Shown here: one piece after another, positions 21,456 to 32,358 of the stretch
Numbering within the stretch: the first letter of the stretch is position 1
Layout: each line of letters opens with the position of its first letter
NCBI GenBank assembly: GCA_963663965.2
Contig: CAXXFK010000030.1
Span: 96,001 to 160,000, forward strand
DNA from: Sedimentisphaerales bacterium
GTDB lineage: Bacteria > Planctomycetota > Phycisphaerae > Sedimentisphaerales > SM23-30
Length of the DNA stretch: 64,000 nucleotides
Reading direction: 5' to 3'
Made by a program: the position numbers and the translations under genes
Notes under the pieces: generated by a model
Databases searched by the model: none
What the model saw: the letters and a program-made list of their open reading frames with translations, nothing else
Told to the model about the DNA's origin: nothing

Positions 21456-23525
21456 TGGATTTTATTAAGATATGGCGGTTGGGGTCTTTGTTTATCATGG
21501 GGTGTTTGGTCTTGGGATTGGCCGGGGGGTACGCGGTGGGTGCGGCGGATGAGGCGGCGGGGAATCTGCTGGGTAACTCTTCGTTTGATGAAATGAGGCC
21601 GATTCCGGCGGGTTGGGAGTTCAGGGACTGGAATGAGACGGGTCGAAACGCATGGTGGGGATGGGAGGATGGCGGGCGGACGGGTCCGTGTGTGATGATT
21701 CGTTCGAAAAATGACCAGGGGGTGGACGCGGCCTGGACGGCGAGGGTGACGGTGGAGCCGAACCGGTTCTATCGGCTGGCCGGCTGGATCAAGACACGGG
21801 GATGTGCGGGGGGCCAGAGGGGCGCTGCTGAATATCCAGAATATGCAGTCGGTGAGGACCGAGGCTATTACCGGGACGCGGGACTGGACTGAGGTGTCGA
21901 CAATTTTTCGAACGGGTGATTCGCCGACGGAACTGGAAATCAACTGTTTACTGGGTGGCTGGGGGGAATCGACCGGGCAGGCCTGGTTTGATGATATTTC
22001 GCTACAGCTGATAGACGACATAGACGAGTTGGCCGGGGCGGTAGTGACGGTGGATGAGGGGGCTAAGGCGTGGGCTTACAGTCCGATGATCTTTGGGGGA
22101 TTTATCGAGCACTTTCATCGGCAGATCTATGGTGGGATTTATGATCCGGGTTCGGAATGGTCCGATGGACAGGGATTTCGTCGGGATGTGATTGAGGCCT
22201 TGAAGGAATTGAAAGTATCGGTGGTGCGCTGGCCGGGCGGGTGCTTTGCCAGCGGGTATCACTGGCGGGATGGTGTGGGCCCGGTTCGGCGGCCGGTGCC
22301 TGATCCGGTGTGGGGAGTGGTGGATTCGAACGCGTTTGGTACGGATGAGTTCTGGTTGTGGTGCGCGCGGGTGGGGGCCAGGCCTTATATCTGTACCAAC
22401 GCGGGGAACGGCACACCGGAGGAGATGCGGGATTGGGTATTGTATTGTAATGGGCGGGAAGGCGCGATGGCCCGGCTGCGGCAGAAGAACGGGCACGAAC
22501 AGCCACTGAATGTCCGGTATTGGAGTATCGGTAATGAAAACTGGGGCGGGCATGAGATCGGGGCCCGGACACCGGCGGAGTGGGGACCGCTGGTGCGGCG
22601 GTGCGCGGAATTGATGCTGGAGGCGGATCCGGAGCTTGTTCTGCTGGCGGCGGCGACGCCGGATCGGAACTGGACGCTGCCTTTGTTGAAAGAGGCGGGG
22701 GCGTATCTGGATTATGTGTGTATTCACGGGTACTGGCTGGGCAACTGGGAGGTGAACGCAACGCCGGATTACCTGTCCTGTATCATGCAGTCGGAGAAAC
22801 CGGAGCAGACGATTGTCGGGGTGGCGCGGATTGTGGATGAGGCGGGGTTTGGAGACAAGATCAAGATCGCGTTTGATGAATGGAATCTGCGCGGCTGGCA
22901 TCATCCGGGTTTTCCGCGGAAGGTGGTGGGTGACAGGGATGATATTGAGGCGAATAAGCTGATTGCGGCGAGGGATAAAAACGCGATCGCGTCACAGTAT
23001 AGCATGGCGGACGCATTGTTTTCGGCGTCGTTTCTGAACGCGTGCCTTCGGCATGCCGAGGTGGTGGGTATGGCGAACATCGCCCCGATTGTAAATACGC
23101 GGGGGCCGCTGTATGTGCATTCCAAAGGGGTATTGAAGCGGACCACGTTTCATGTGCTGTCGATGTATGCTAATCTGCTGGAGAGTGAGGTAGTGGCGGC
23201 GCAGGTACGATCGGGGATGCTGACGCATGCCAGTGAGTATGTCGCAATGGTGGATGGGGTGGTGACGCGGGATGCCAGTGGCAGGCGGTGGGCGCTGGCG
23301 CTGGTGAATCGTCATCCGGAACAGGCAGTGGAGTGCCGGATTCAATTGGAAGACCGGGTATTGGATGGTGTTGTGGATGCGACGGTTCTGAGCGGGGATT
23401 CACCGGATGCTTATAATGACCTGGATCATCCGGAGCGGGTGATAGCGGAGAAGAAACAGTTGCCGGTGCGGGATAATGTGATGACGCTGGGGCCGCACTC
23501 GTTGACGATTGTGAAGGTTGAATAG
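21456..23525 (+). CDS. GH51 alpha-L-arabinofuranosidase with N-terminal CBM-like domain, frameshift near 21805
   Basis: GGFIEH, RWPGG, FGTDEF, WSIGNENWG, AFDEWN, MANIA; N-terminal part lies in ORF 21446-21892. Confidence 0.9.
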
Positions 23526-23631
23526 CCGGGGGTGTTGGTAAGGAGTTGGTGATTGAATAAATAGGGGACCCCGGGGGTTTTGGGGACGCCCGGGGTGTGT
23601 TAATCTTAACCGACAGGATTGAGGTTGAGGA

Positions 23632-24645
23632 TTATTTGGTTGTGAGTGGCCGGAAGACTTCTTCGGGGGGGAGTTTCATGGTGGTCCAGACGTTGGGATC
23701 GGTGGCTTTGACGCGTTGGGCGACCTGTTGGGCGAGGTCGTTGTTGCCGGCTTTGTGTTCGAGGGTGGCCAGGTAGTGCAGGGCGAAGGCTTTGATAGCG
23801 GCGGGCCGGTCGGGCTGGGTTTTGAGGAAGGTTTCGATCTGGGTACGGGCGGCGTCGTAGTCTTTGTCCTGGGCGAGTTTGAAGGCGATAGTGAGGCGGA
23901 TGGGGTTTTTACTGAAGTCGAGTTTAATGGCCTGATCGGTGTGCTGTCGGGCGTTGTCGATCTGGTTGGCTTCGACGCATTTAACGGCCATGAGCAGGTG
24001 CAGGCCGGCGTTGTCGGGATATTTTTTGAGCAGGGGCTCGATCAGACGGATGGCTTTTTCGGGGCTGGGACGGTCGACGATGGTGCGGGCCCAGACGCCG
24101 TAATAGGGGTCACGGGCTTCGAGGATTTTGAGGTGTTTTTTCGCCAGGGATTTGTTGCCGCCGTCTTTGGATGCATTGTTGTTGTACATATTGATGAGAT
24201 CGAAGCGGGCCTCGTGGTGGTCGGGCTGGAGTTCGAGGGTTTTTTCGAAGGCGGCGATGGCGGCGCGGACGTGGTCGCCGAAGCGTTCGGGCTTACCGAG
24301 TTTGTACTGGTTGATGGCGTTGTAGACGCAGGTTTCGCCCAGCCAGAATTGATAGCGTGGGTTGGCGGGTTCGGCTTGGACGACTTTTTGCGCGGCGGTC
24401 TGGGCCGGTTCGAACTCGAAGAGATAGAAGAGCAGGCGGGAGTATTCGAAGCGGGCTAGGGCATCATCGGGATGGCCGGCCAGGTGGGTTTCGAGCAGGT
24501 CGCGGGCATCCTGATTGTGGCCATCCATGCGCAGGTCGTAGGCCTGCTGAGCGATGGAAGGCTTGGGGTCTTCGGCGAAGATCGGGCCTGTTAGGAGGGT
24601 GGTTAACAGGATGGTTAAGATGATGAAGGGCTGGGTGGTTTTCAT
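23632..24645 (-). CDS. Secreted tetratricopeptide-repeat protein
   Basis: Signal peptide MKTTQPFIILTILL; TPR-like helices (HPDDALARF, AFEKTLELQPDH, KYPDNAG). Confidence 0.8.
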   Translation of the reverse strand: MKTTQPFIILTILLTTLLTGPIFAEDPKPSIAQQAYDLRMDGHNQDARDLLETHLAGHPDDALARFEYSRLLFYLFEFEPAQTAAQKVVQAEPANPRYQFWLGETCVYNAINQYKLGKPERFGDHVRAAIAAFEKTLELQPDHHEARFDLINMYNNNASKDGGNKSLAKKHLKILEARDPYYGVWARTIVDRPSPEKAIRLIEPLLKKYPDNAGLHLLMAVKCVEANQIDNARQHTDQAIKLDFSKNPIRLTIAFKLAQDKDYDAARTQIETFLKTQPDRPAAIKAFALHYLATLEHKAGNNDLAQQVAQRVKATDPNVWTTMKLPPEEVFRPLTTK

Positions 24646-24751
24646 GATGGGATCCTTGGGTTGGGGGTATTGGTTGACTTGTTCCATGTGATCGGGATGG
24701 GGACGGCCGGCCATAAGCTGCGCTTGAAGGTGGTGCGCGGCATGGTCCGGG

Positions 24752-24982
24752 TCAGGAGGATTGGTATCGCCGGGTCTGGTTGGGGGTGGTGGCGCGGAGT
24801 TCGTTGAGGTTGATCTGGAGGGCGTCGCGCATGGATTCGTTGGCGGTTTGATAGTGCTGGTTGAGGGTTTGCTCGATGGCGTGGCGGGAGGCGAGGTAGG
24901 CGCCGGGGAAGAGGATGATCAGGGTCAGGATGGCGGTCAGCAGGCCGAGGACGATTAAGATGGCTATGGGTTTACGTTTCAT
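24752..24982 (-). CDS. Small membrane-anchored hypothetical protein (3' end possibly frameshifted)
   Basis: N-terminal TM; promoter and operator immediately upstream. Confidence 0.5.
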   Translation of the reverse strand: MKRKPIAILIVLGLLTAILTLIILFPGAYLASRHAIEQTLNQHYQTANESMRDALQINLNELRATTPNQTRRYQSS

Positions 24983-25008
24983 GATTGTGAGCCCCTAAAC
25001 AGGATTGT

Positions 25009-25053
25009 TTGTATATCTATATACAATATATCACACAACAGAGATAGAGACAA
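25009..25053 (-). promoter_or_regulatory. Sigma70-like promoter overlapping a palindromic operator
   Basis: Minus strand TTGTCT-17nt-TATATT (25053-25025); near-palindrome TTGTATATCTATATACAA at 25009-25026, GntR/YtrA-like in style. Confidence 0.55.
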
Positions 25054-25487
25054 GTATTCTGGCCGGGATTTTTGGGCAGCGATGGGGGGGAAGGGATGTA
25101 ACTCGTTGTATATAGTTAAGATATATACATGTGTGGCCGGCGAAAAAATTTTTGTTTTTTCCCGGGCCGGTGGCAGTAGGGTTTTATCGGACCGGTTTAT
25201 TGCATATAAACCCTACAATCGTAATAAACGCACCGGGGAACCGGGTGAAATCGAGTTTCGGCCGGGTTGCCGGGCGGTTTTTTTTATCATTCCGGGCTGT
25301 CTATTTTGTAGAATGAAGGTACGAAGCGTTTTTATCTCCTTTCGCGGCGCTTCCGCCGACAGTTGCCTCCAATGCCCTGTGCAGCTGCCGGCTCTTTTTT
25401 TATTGGGTTGGGACCCGCAAACCCGAAGTTGAAACTGCGGGCTATTTACGGTTGTCCCTGCCGGGACATAAGGTTTGGTACCTATTT

Positions 25488-25709
25488 CTATTTTTTATTG
25501 TAGTATTCGTCGAGAATTTTCTGGGCCTGGGTGAGGTCTTGCTGGTGGACGAGGATACGGACTTCGCCGGGGGCTTCGGCGCGGAGGCCGCTGGTGAGTT
25601 CGCCGATCATTTCGGCGTAGATGTCGTGTTCCTGGAGCATATTGATGATGAGGATGGCTTCGGTTTCGCGGGGAACGCGGGTGAGTTCGACGGGGGTAGG
25701 GGTGGTCAT
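25488..25709 (-). CDS. DUF2007-like small protein
   Basis: EAILIINMLQEHDI...VRILVHQQDLTQAQKIL; AGGAG RBS. Confidence 0.7.
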   Translation of the reverse strand: MTTPTPVELTRVPRETEAILIINMLQEHDIYAEMIGELTSGLRAEAPGEVRILVHQQDLTQAQKILDEYYNKK

Positions 25710-26237
25710 GCGGAGCTCCTTTCCTGCCTGGGCGGTTAAGCCGCGGACGATATCAGAAGGTATTTCACACAAAGGTAAACAGCCAAAAGCGAGACCTATG
25801 AACACGGATAATTACAGTTTGATTCCGGATCTTAGGACCTTTTATTTTGTTGGGTATCTGCTATCGTTTTGGCCGAAACGTCTGGAGTATGATAGCAGGA
25901 TTGTTGGGGGAATCCAAGGATAAAGGGCGGGGGTGGGCGGGACCTGTTGGGGTGAAGTTGGGCGGGAAGTGGCTGTTGGGTTCGTTTGGAGTTGGAGGTA
26001 AGTTGTTGGGGTGTCGGGAATAATCCTGGATAAGGATGGCCGGGGTATGTGTTGGGTTTGGACCCGCAGTTGAAACGGCGGGGTATTTACGGTTGTCCCT
26101 GACGGGACATAGAAAGGGGTATCCCGCGGGGCGGGATGCTGTTTAATGGTTGTTGGTTGCATAGTTTTGTCCTTGTTTGGGGTTGTTGATTTAATTGGGA
26201 CGTTATTAAAAATATTGGGCAGGATGCCCGAGGTACG

Positions 26238-27675
26238 TTAGTAGTGGGTGGTGGTGATTTTGGAGGCGGGGGCGAGGTGGTTGACGAAGAAGTAGCGGAA
26301 GTGCGTCGATGATGTGGTCGTGGGTACCGTCTTTGTGGGGGAGTTCGGAGAGTGAGCCGGAGTTGAGGCGGGCGTATTTGAGGCTGGTGAGGGCCTGGAT
26401 GAGGTGATGGCATTGTGGGTTGATGATGAGCTGGGGTTGGCCGGTGGCGGGCCGGAGGGCGCGGCGGATGAGTTCGACGCCTTCGATAATGCGGGTGGGC
26501 CGGTAGCGGAGCGAGTAGCCCTGGGCGGCGAGTTCGTCGATGGGGCCGGTGCCGGTGATGTCGTTGCGGTGGCGGCCGGCGGGATCGCAGCTGATGGTGA
26601 GGGGGGCGGGCCAGAGATCGCGCAGGGCGCGGAGATGCTCGCCGAGGATCATGCGGGATTGGAGGTATTCGTTGAGGACGCGGACCTGGCCGCTGACGAT
26701 CTGGATGAGCAGGGCGGCGAGCGGGTTGCTGTAGCCGAAGTCGAGGGACCAGTAGACGGGTGAGCCGGGGTCGAGCCGGATGGGGGCGAGGTGAGCGGCG
26801 GGGTCGAATTCGTCGAAGACGACATCCTGGCGGGAGGGCTCGAGGCAGAGCATTTCGGAACGCCAGGCGGCGCGGCTGCTGCGCTGTTTGATGGCGATGG
26901 CGTCGTCGATGGCGAAGTAGCCGGCGGCGTTTTGGGCGCGGGACTGGCAGTCTTCGAGGAGCGGGCAGCGGCTGCAGTTGTGGTCGGAGCAGGGCTGGAT
27001 GACTTCCCAGAGGCACCAGCGGAAGAGGCGCATGTGGGTATCGGCGGATTGCCGGACGATATCGTGCATGAGGCCGAAGGGCTGGTGCATGGTACTGAGG
27101 ATTTCGAGCCGGGCGGGGATCTGGTCGCGGGTCTGGGTGGTGAACTGGGCGGCCTGCCAGACTTCGGGGTCGAAGAGTTCGATTTCGTCGCAGCGGAGGC
27201 GCTGAACGTGTTTGCCGCGAACGCTTTTCTGGGATTGGGTGAGGATGTCGACGCGGGCGCCGTTGGTGAAGCGGCAGTGGTCGGCGCGGGCGGGTTCGGC
27301 GAGATAGGGGCTGAAGCCGGCGTCGAGGTAGTGGCGGAGGTAGTTGTACATGAGGCGGGACTGGTCGTGGGAGCCGCCGAGGATGCAGGTCTGGATGTGG
27401 GGCAGGGAGAGGCATTCGATGAGGGTGGCGACGGCGCCGAGCTGGGTTTTGCCGCCGCCGCGGTTGGCCCAGACGATCAGGTCGCGGGGATGGGCGCGGT
27501 TGAGGATGCTTTCGCAGAGGTAATCGAAGGGGGAGTCGTGGTTAGGGCAGATGGATTGGGAGGGGATTTTGAGGTTGAGGGTGGTGAGGAATTGGGTTAG
27601 TTCTGCGGGGGTTTGGGGTGGGGTGATTGGGTTGGTTTGGGACGTTGAGTTGTTGTTTTCAAATCGAGAATACAT
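26238..27675 (-). CDS. terL: Phage terminase large subunit-like protein (1-nt frameshift near the C-terminus)
   Basis: Walker A ANRGGGKT, VRG, Walker B LRCDEIE, motif III ILST, nuclease LDFGYSNP, CDPAG, DHIIDAL. Removing one base at 26297-26298 restores DALRYFFVNH...HY* with stop at 26238. GGAGGT RBS. Confidence 0.85.
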
Positions 27676-27911
27676 AGCATGACCTCCTTTTTAAAAAAGT
27701 ATCTTTTGATTTTTTGAGTTTGTATACCGACTTCGTAATTAATTATTTATTGGTACCTTAGAGTACGATTAAAAGTTATTTTTGGCCGCATGTGGGCCGG
27801 CCTCATGCGGATAATTTAAGGTATTCGCTGCGCTCATGGATGTTCATATCAGCATGGGCAAATTTTTCAAATTTGCCCATCCTACATAAAATCGCACGGG
27901 TTGTGTTTATC

Positions 27912-28448
27912 CTATGTGATCATTAATTCATTGTTATAAATGGTGTTACGATCATTTTTTTCTACATTGGGTTCGTTTGGTATTGGGGGGTGTTTGGCTT
28001 CGTTTGTGGTAGGAGTGGCGTTGGGATTGCACTGGATGATGGGGGTGATCTGGTAGCCGGCGTCAAAGAGGATGTTTATGCAATTGTCGATGACCTGTTG
28101 ATATTCCCGGTCAGTGGGCGGGGTAAGAATGTTGAGGTCGTCATTTGATTTGGAAATGGCGAGAAATTGCTGGATGAGTTGGGCGGTGGCGCGGCGGGCG
28201 GTGATGTTATTTTCTGAGCGGGACTGGACGACGAGGCGTCGGAGGGCCTGGTGGCCGGCCCGGGTGGCGGTGAGTTTGTAGTCGCGGCGTTCGTAGGCGA
28301 TCAGGCCGGCCAGTTCGCAATGGTAGGTGTGGGTGTCGATGATGTACTGGCGCTGACGGTGGGTGGTGTTGATGATGGCGAGGAACAGGTCGTTGACGGG
28401 ATGGTGGTAGTATTGGGCCCGGGCGAGAATTTGCATGGCTCGATTCAT
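27912..28448 (-). CDS. Hypothetical protein upstream of terL (small-terminase position)
   Basis: MNRAMQIL... with AGAGGTG RBS and its own promoter; no motif recognised. Confidence 0.6.
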   Translation of the reverse strand: MNRAMQILARAQYYHHPVNDLFLAIINTTHRQRQYIIDTHTYHCELAGLIAYERRDYKLTATRAGHQALRRLVVQSRSENNITARRATAQLIQQFLAISKSNDDLNILTPPTDREYQQVIDNCINILFDAGYQITPIIQCNPNATPTTNEAKHPPIPNEPNVEKNDRNTIYNNELMIT

Positions 28449-28520
28449 GGTTTCACCTCTTTTTCTTTGTCTGCGATTTAATAAATCTGCCGAGTTTGAC
28501 CAATATTGGCCGACTGTGGG

Positions 28521-28549
28521 ATTATAGGGGAAGTTTTGTAATAAGTCAA
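28521..28549 (-). promoter_or_regulatory. Near-consensus sigma70 promoter
   Basis: Minus strand TTGACT-17nt-TATAAT with an AT-rich upstream region. Confidence 0.75.
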
Positions 28550-29056
28550 TATATAATATTATTATTTTGTAAAATAACACAAAATATATATTAGTTTTTG
28601 TTTTGAAAGCAATAGGTCTTATAGGTCCGATAGGGCTTATAGGTCTTTAAGATGTTTGTTTTTAGTTGGTTATGGTTATTTTTGGGTTTTGTCAACTAAA
28701 TAATTATCACTGTGTTTAATAGATTTTGGGCGTTTAACGATGGCTAGAGGTGTGGTTGGGTGATCAGGGGAGGTCGGAATGTTGACTGGGGTATTCATCA
28801 GTTTATGAGGTATGGAAATTTAAGGGTGTTTAATCTGGGATTCATATAAAGTCGTGATACCATTAAAGCAAATTGCTGAGCTTTACTGGTTAAGTTTGGA
28901 GTTAATAAAGGTTGATATTGGAGTTGGTTGGGGGTAGAATCCGGTGAAAATTTGGTCAAATAGAGAGATTAAGATAAAAACGGCTTGTTGATTCTGGTCA
29001 TTGGCAAGCGGTAGAAGTAAACGAATCATGACTAATGAAGGTTCAGAGGATCTGAC

Positions 29057-30184
29057 ATGAATGAGTTTCGATTAGCGAGAAACGGTTTGCTAAGCCTGTT
29101 ACTGCTGGGCGGGTTTGCTTACGCGACGAGCCAGCACCCTTTGCCGGTGGATAACCGGGCGCTTTATACGATGTCGTGCGCGGCGTGTCATGGTCATCAG
29201 GGTCGGGGCGCGCCGGCGGGGATGGTGGGGTTCGATGTGCCGTTGCCGGATTTCACCGATTGCAATTTTGTGACACGCGAACCTACCGCGGACTGGATTA
29301 TCGTGGTGCAGGAGGGCGGCCCGGCGCGGGGTTTTTCCGAGATCATGCCGGCGTTTGGCGATGCCCTGACCGTCGAGCAGATCACGTCGATCCTGGCGTA
29401 TATCAAAACGTTTTCCGATTGCGACGAATGGCCGCGGGGCGAAATGAATCTGCCGCGCGCGCTTTATACCAGCAAGGCGTTTCCGGAAGATGAACTGGTT
29501 TTGAGCAGCGATATTTCCACGGACGGTCTGAATAAGTTGAGCAATAAAATGATTTATGGCAAGCGGATCGGCGCGCGCAGCCAGATTGAAGTGACCCTGC
29601 CGTTTGGCTGGCAGCAGATCGAAAAGGGTGATCCGGGCGGCGAGCGGGAATGGACCTCGGAGCTTGGCGATCTGGCGCTGGGTGTCAAGCATGTGTTATT
29701 TCATAATTTCGATACCAAATCGATTATTACGGTCGCCGGCGAGATTGTGCTGCCAACGGGGGATGAAGACGCCGGTTTTGGCGACGGCACCACCGTTTTT
29801 GAGCCCTACCTGGCATATGGCCAGCTATTTCCGGCCGATTTCTTTTTTCAGTGCCAGGGCGGATTCAAATTGCCGTTTGAGGACCAGGACTTTAATAAGG
29901 AAGCGTTTTTTAAAATGGCGGCCGGTAAAACGATTTCGGTGGGGCGGTATGGCAGAGGCCTGTCGCCCATGGTGGAAATCCTGGGCGCCCAGGACCTGGA
30001 AACGGGTGATACGCCCAGCTGGGATATTGTGCCCCAGATCCAAATTCCTTTGAATACGCGCCAGCATGTGCGGCTGGGGGTTGGGGCACGCATTCCGTTA
30101 AACGACCGGGATTTTCGCAGCCCGGTCTATGGTATTTATTTATTGTGGGACACCTTCGACGGCGGTTTTTTTGACGGTTGGTAA
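29057..30184 (+). CDS. Monoheme cytochrome c fused to a probable outer-membrane beta-barrel domain
   Basis: Signal peptide, CAACHG, MPAFG; C-terminal alternating beta-strand pattern (LGDLALGVKH, LPTGDE...GFG). Confidence 0.75.
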   Translation: MNEFRLARNGLLSLLLLGGFAYATSQHPLPVDNRALYTMSCAACHGHQGRGAPAGMVGFDVPLPDFTDCNFVTREPTADWIIVVQEGGPARGFSEIMPAFGDALTVEQITSILAYIKTFSDCDEWPRGEMNLPRALYTSKAFPEDELVLSSDISTDGLNKLSNKMIYGKRIGARSQIEVTLPFGWQQIEKGDPGGEREWTSELGDLALGVKHVLFHNFDTKSIITVAGEIVLPTGDEDAGFGDGTTVFEPYLAYGQLFPADFFFQCQGGFKLPFEDQDFNKEAFFKMAAGKTISVGRYGRGLSPMVEILGAQDLETGDTPSWDIVPQIQIPLNTRQHVRLGVGARIPLNDRDFRSPVYGIYLLWDTFDGGFFDGW

Positions 30185-30200
30185 GCTAAGGAGCAAACTT

Positions 30201-31823
30201 GTGAAACATCATTTTAATCACATTGACTATATCGGTATCTGGATTGTTGTATGCGCGCTGGGCGGCTTTTTGTATGGCAAGCAGGCGCCTCAGCCGTTAT
30301 TCATTACCTCGGACCGCTGCATGGCCTGTCATAACGGTCTGACCGACGACGCCGGCAAGGATGTCTCGATCGGGGCTAACTGGCGCGGGTCCATGATGGC
30401 CCATTCGGCTCTCGATCCATATTGGCAGGCCGGGGTTCGGCGCGAGATTATGGAACATCCGGAGGCAAAGGAGGCCATCGAAGACAAGTGTTCATCATGC
30501 CATATGCCCATGGCGCGATTTATGGCGAAAGCCGGTCAGCAAAAGGGCCAGGTATTCGCGCATCTGCCTTTTACCCGGATGATGGGTGCGAACGCTCCGC
30601 TGGCGTTTGACGGGGTGTCCTGTACGATGTGTCATCAGATCAGCGCGGAGAAGCTGGGTACGAAGGAGAGTTTTACCGCCGGGTTCGTGGTCGATACGGT
30701 TAAACCCCTGGGCGCACGCACGGTCTATGGCCCGTTTGAAATCGATCCCGGTCGGCAGCGGGTCATGCGGTCTTCGGCGCTGTTAGAACCTGCCGAAAGC
30801 AAACATATCCAGGACTCATCTTTTTGCGCTTCGTGTCATACGCTTTATACCCATTCGCTGGGGGCGGACGGTGAAGTTGTGGGCGAACTGCCGGAACAGG
30901 TGCCTTATCTGGAATGGTATCACAGCAGCTATAAAGATATCCGGAGCTGTCAATCCTGTCATATGCCTGAGTTGAAGAACCCGACGCCGGTTACTTCGGT
31001 GTTGGGAATCGCGCGGGAGGCCTTTTCGCGGCATGTCTTTCGCGGCGGTAATTTCTTTATGCCGAAAATCTTCAATCTCAATCGCGTCGAACTGAGTGTG
31101 CAGGCGTTGCCAAACGATCTCGATCGAATGGCCGAGGAAACGGCCCAGCATCTGAAGGATAAAGCGGCCGGCCTGACTATCGAGAGCGCCAAACTGGGCG
31201 ATGGTGAGATACAGCTGGACGTCCGGGTTCGCAACTTAACCGGGCATAAACTGCCGACGGCTTATCCGTCGCGGCGGGTGTGGCTGGCGCTGGATGTGAC
31301 CGATGAGAAGGGCCGGACGGTCTTTTCATCGGGGAAACTGAATAAGGACGGTTCGATTGCGGGCAACGATAACGACGCGAACGCGGCCAAATACGAACCG
31401 CACTATGACCTGATTACCCGTTCGGACCAGGTGCAGATTTATGAATCGGTTATGGCCGACTATGAAAACAAGGTTACCACCAGTCTGCTGGCCGGATTGC
31501 GGTTTGTTAAAGACAACCGCGTTCTGCCCCGTGGATTCGATAAAAAAACCGCTGACGACGATATTGCGGTCCAGGGAGCGGCGGCGCGGGATAGTAATTT
31601 CGATGGCTTCGGCGATATCGTTAAGTATGCGATCAAAGCCGATAACGCCGCCGGGCCGTATCGCGTCAGCGCGACTTTGTACTATCAGCCTATCGGATTC
31701 CGCTGGGCCCGGAACCTTAACGAGTTTAAGGCGATGGAAACGGAGCGGTTTGTGAAATACTATGATGAGTTGGCCCATTTATCCGCGATTGCGCTGGCGC
31801 AAGAGGCGGTTGTGGTGGAGTAG
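30201..31823 (+). CDS. Pentaheme cytochrome c
   Basis: Five CxxCH motifs (CMACH, CSSCH, CTMCH, CASCH, CQSCH); GHKLPT; AAGGAG RBS before GTG. Confidence 0.9.
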   Translation: MKHHFNHIDYIGIWIVVCALGGFLYGKQAPQPLFITSDRCMACHNGLTDDAGKDVSIGANWRGSMMAHSALDPYWQAGVRREIMEHPEAKEAIEDKCSSCHMPMARFMAKAGQQKGQVFAHLPFTRMMGANAPLAFDGVSCTMCHQISAEKLGTKESFTAGFVVDTVKPLGARTVYGPFEIDPGRQRVMRSSALLEPAESKHIQDSSFCASCHTLYTHSLGADGEVVGELPEQVPYLEWYHSSYKDIRSCQSCHMPELKNPTPVTSVLGIAREAFSRHVFRGGNFFMPKIFNLNRVELSVQALPNDLDRMAEETAQHLKDKAAGLTIESAKLGDGEIQLDVRVRNLTGHKLPTAYPSRRVWLALDVTDEKGRTVFSSGKLNKDGSIAGNDNDANAAKYEPHYDLITRSDQVQIYESVMADYENKVTTSLLAGLRFVKDNRVLPRGFDKKTADDDIAVQGAAARDSNFDGFGDIVKYAIKADNAAGPYRVSATLYYQPIGFRWARNLNEFKAMETERFVKYYDELAHLSAIALAQEAVVVE

Positions 31824-31932
31824 TTGTGTGTCATTTGTGAGCCTGATAGAGACGCAAGGCCTTGCGTCTCTACTGTTGGGCTTTAGTGATGGGATGGAGA
31901 GGTTGAATTTTAAAGGCGATGAGGTGTGAGTT

Positions 31933-32358
31933 ATGCGTGAGAAGAAGATCATTGGGCGGATTATATGGATTGGCGTTGTTTTGGTTGTTGCGGCGGGAGT
32001 TGTTTTTTGGGGGTATCGATGGTGGAGAGAGCGAATGATAGTTGGTCATCCCGGGGGTGTAAAAAGCCAAATGAAGATGTTTGTAAGTGCGCTTGAAGCT
32101 TACCGGATCAGTACGGATGGGTATCCGGATAGCGAGTTGGGGTTGCAGGCATTGTTGGTGGAGCCGCCGGGAGTAAATGGGTGGGCGGGGCCTTATCTGA
32201 TAGATCCCTGGATTCCGCGGGATCCGTGGAATAGCGCTTATATTTATGAGTATCCCGGGCGGATTCATCCTGATTCGTTCGATCTGATCTGTATCGGGCG
32301 GGATCGAGTGAGGGGGAGCGCTGACGATATTGTGATGTCGGGGTTGAGCCAGAGGTAG
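31933..32358 (+). CDS. Orphan GspG-like (T2SS pseudopilin G domain) protein
   Basis: YP...GLQALLVEP...WAGPYL...PRDPWNSAYIYEYPG; no GFTLIE prepilin motif. Confidence 0.75.
   Translation: MREKKIIGRIIWIGVVLVVAAGVVFWGYRWWRERMIVGHPGGVKSQMKMFVSALEAYRISTDGYPDSELGLQALLVEPPGVNGWAGPYLIDPWIPRDPWNSAYIYEYPGRIHPDSFDLICIGRDRVRGSADDIVMSGLSQR

Noticed and set aside
25228..25402. Riboswitch or structured ncRNA
   Set aside because: GC-rich hairpins followed by T runs, but no aptamer consensus I can recognise; terminators or repeat debris are equally plausible
28611..28647. Functional array at ATAGGTCTTATAGGTCCGATAGGGCTTATAGGTCT
   Set aside because: Only four 9-nt units with no associated gene; treated as another member of the dispersed short-tandem repeats
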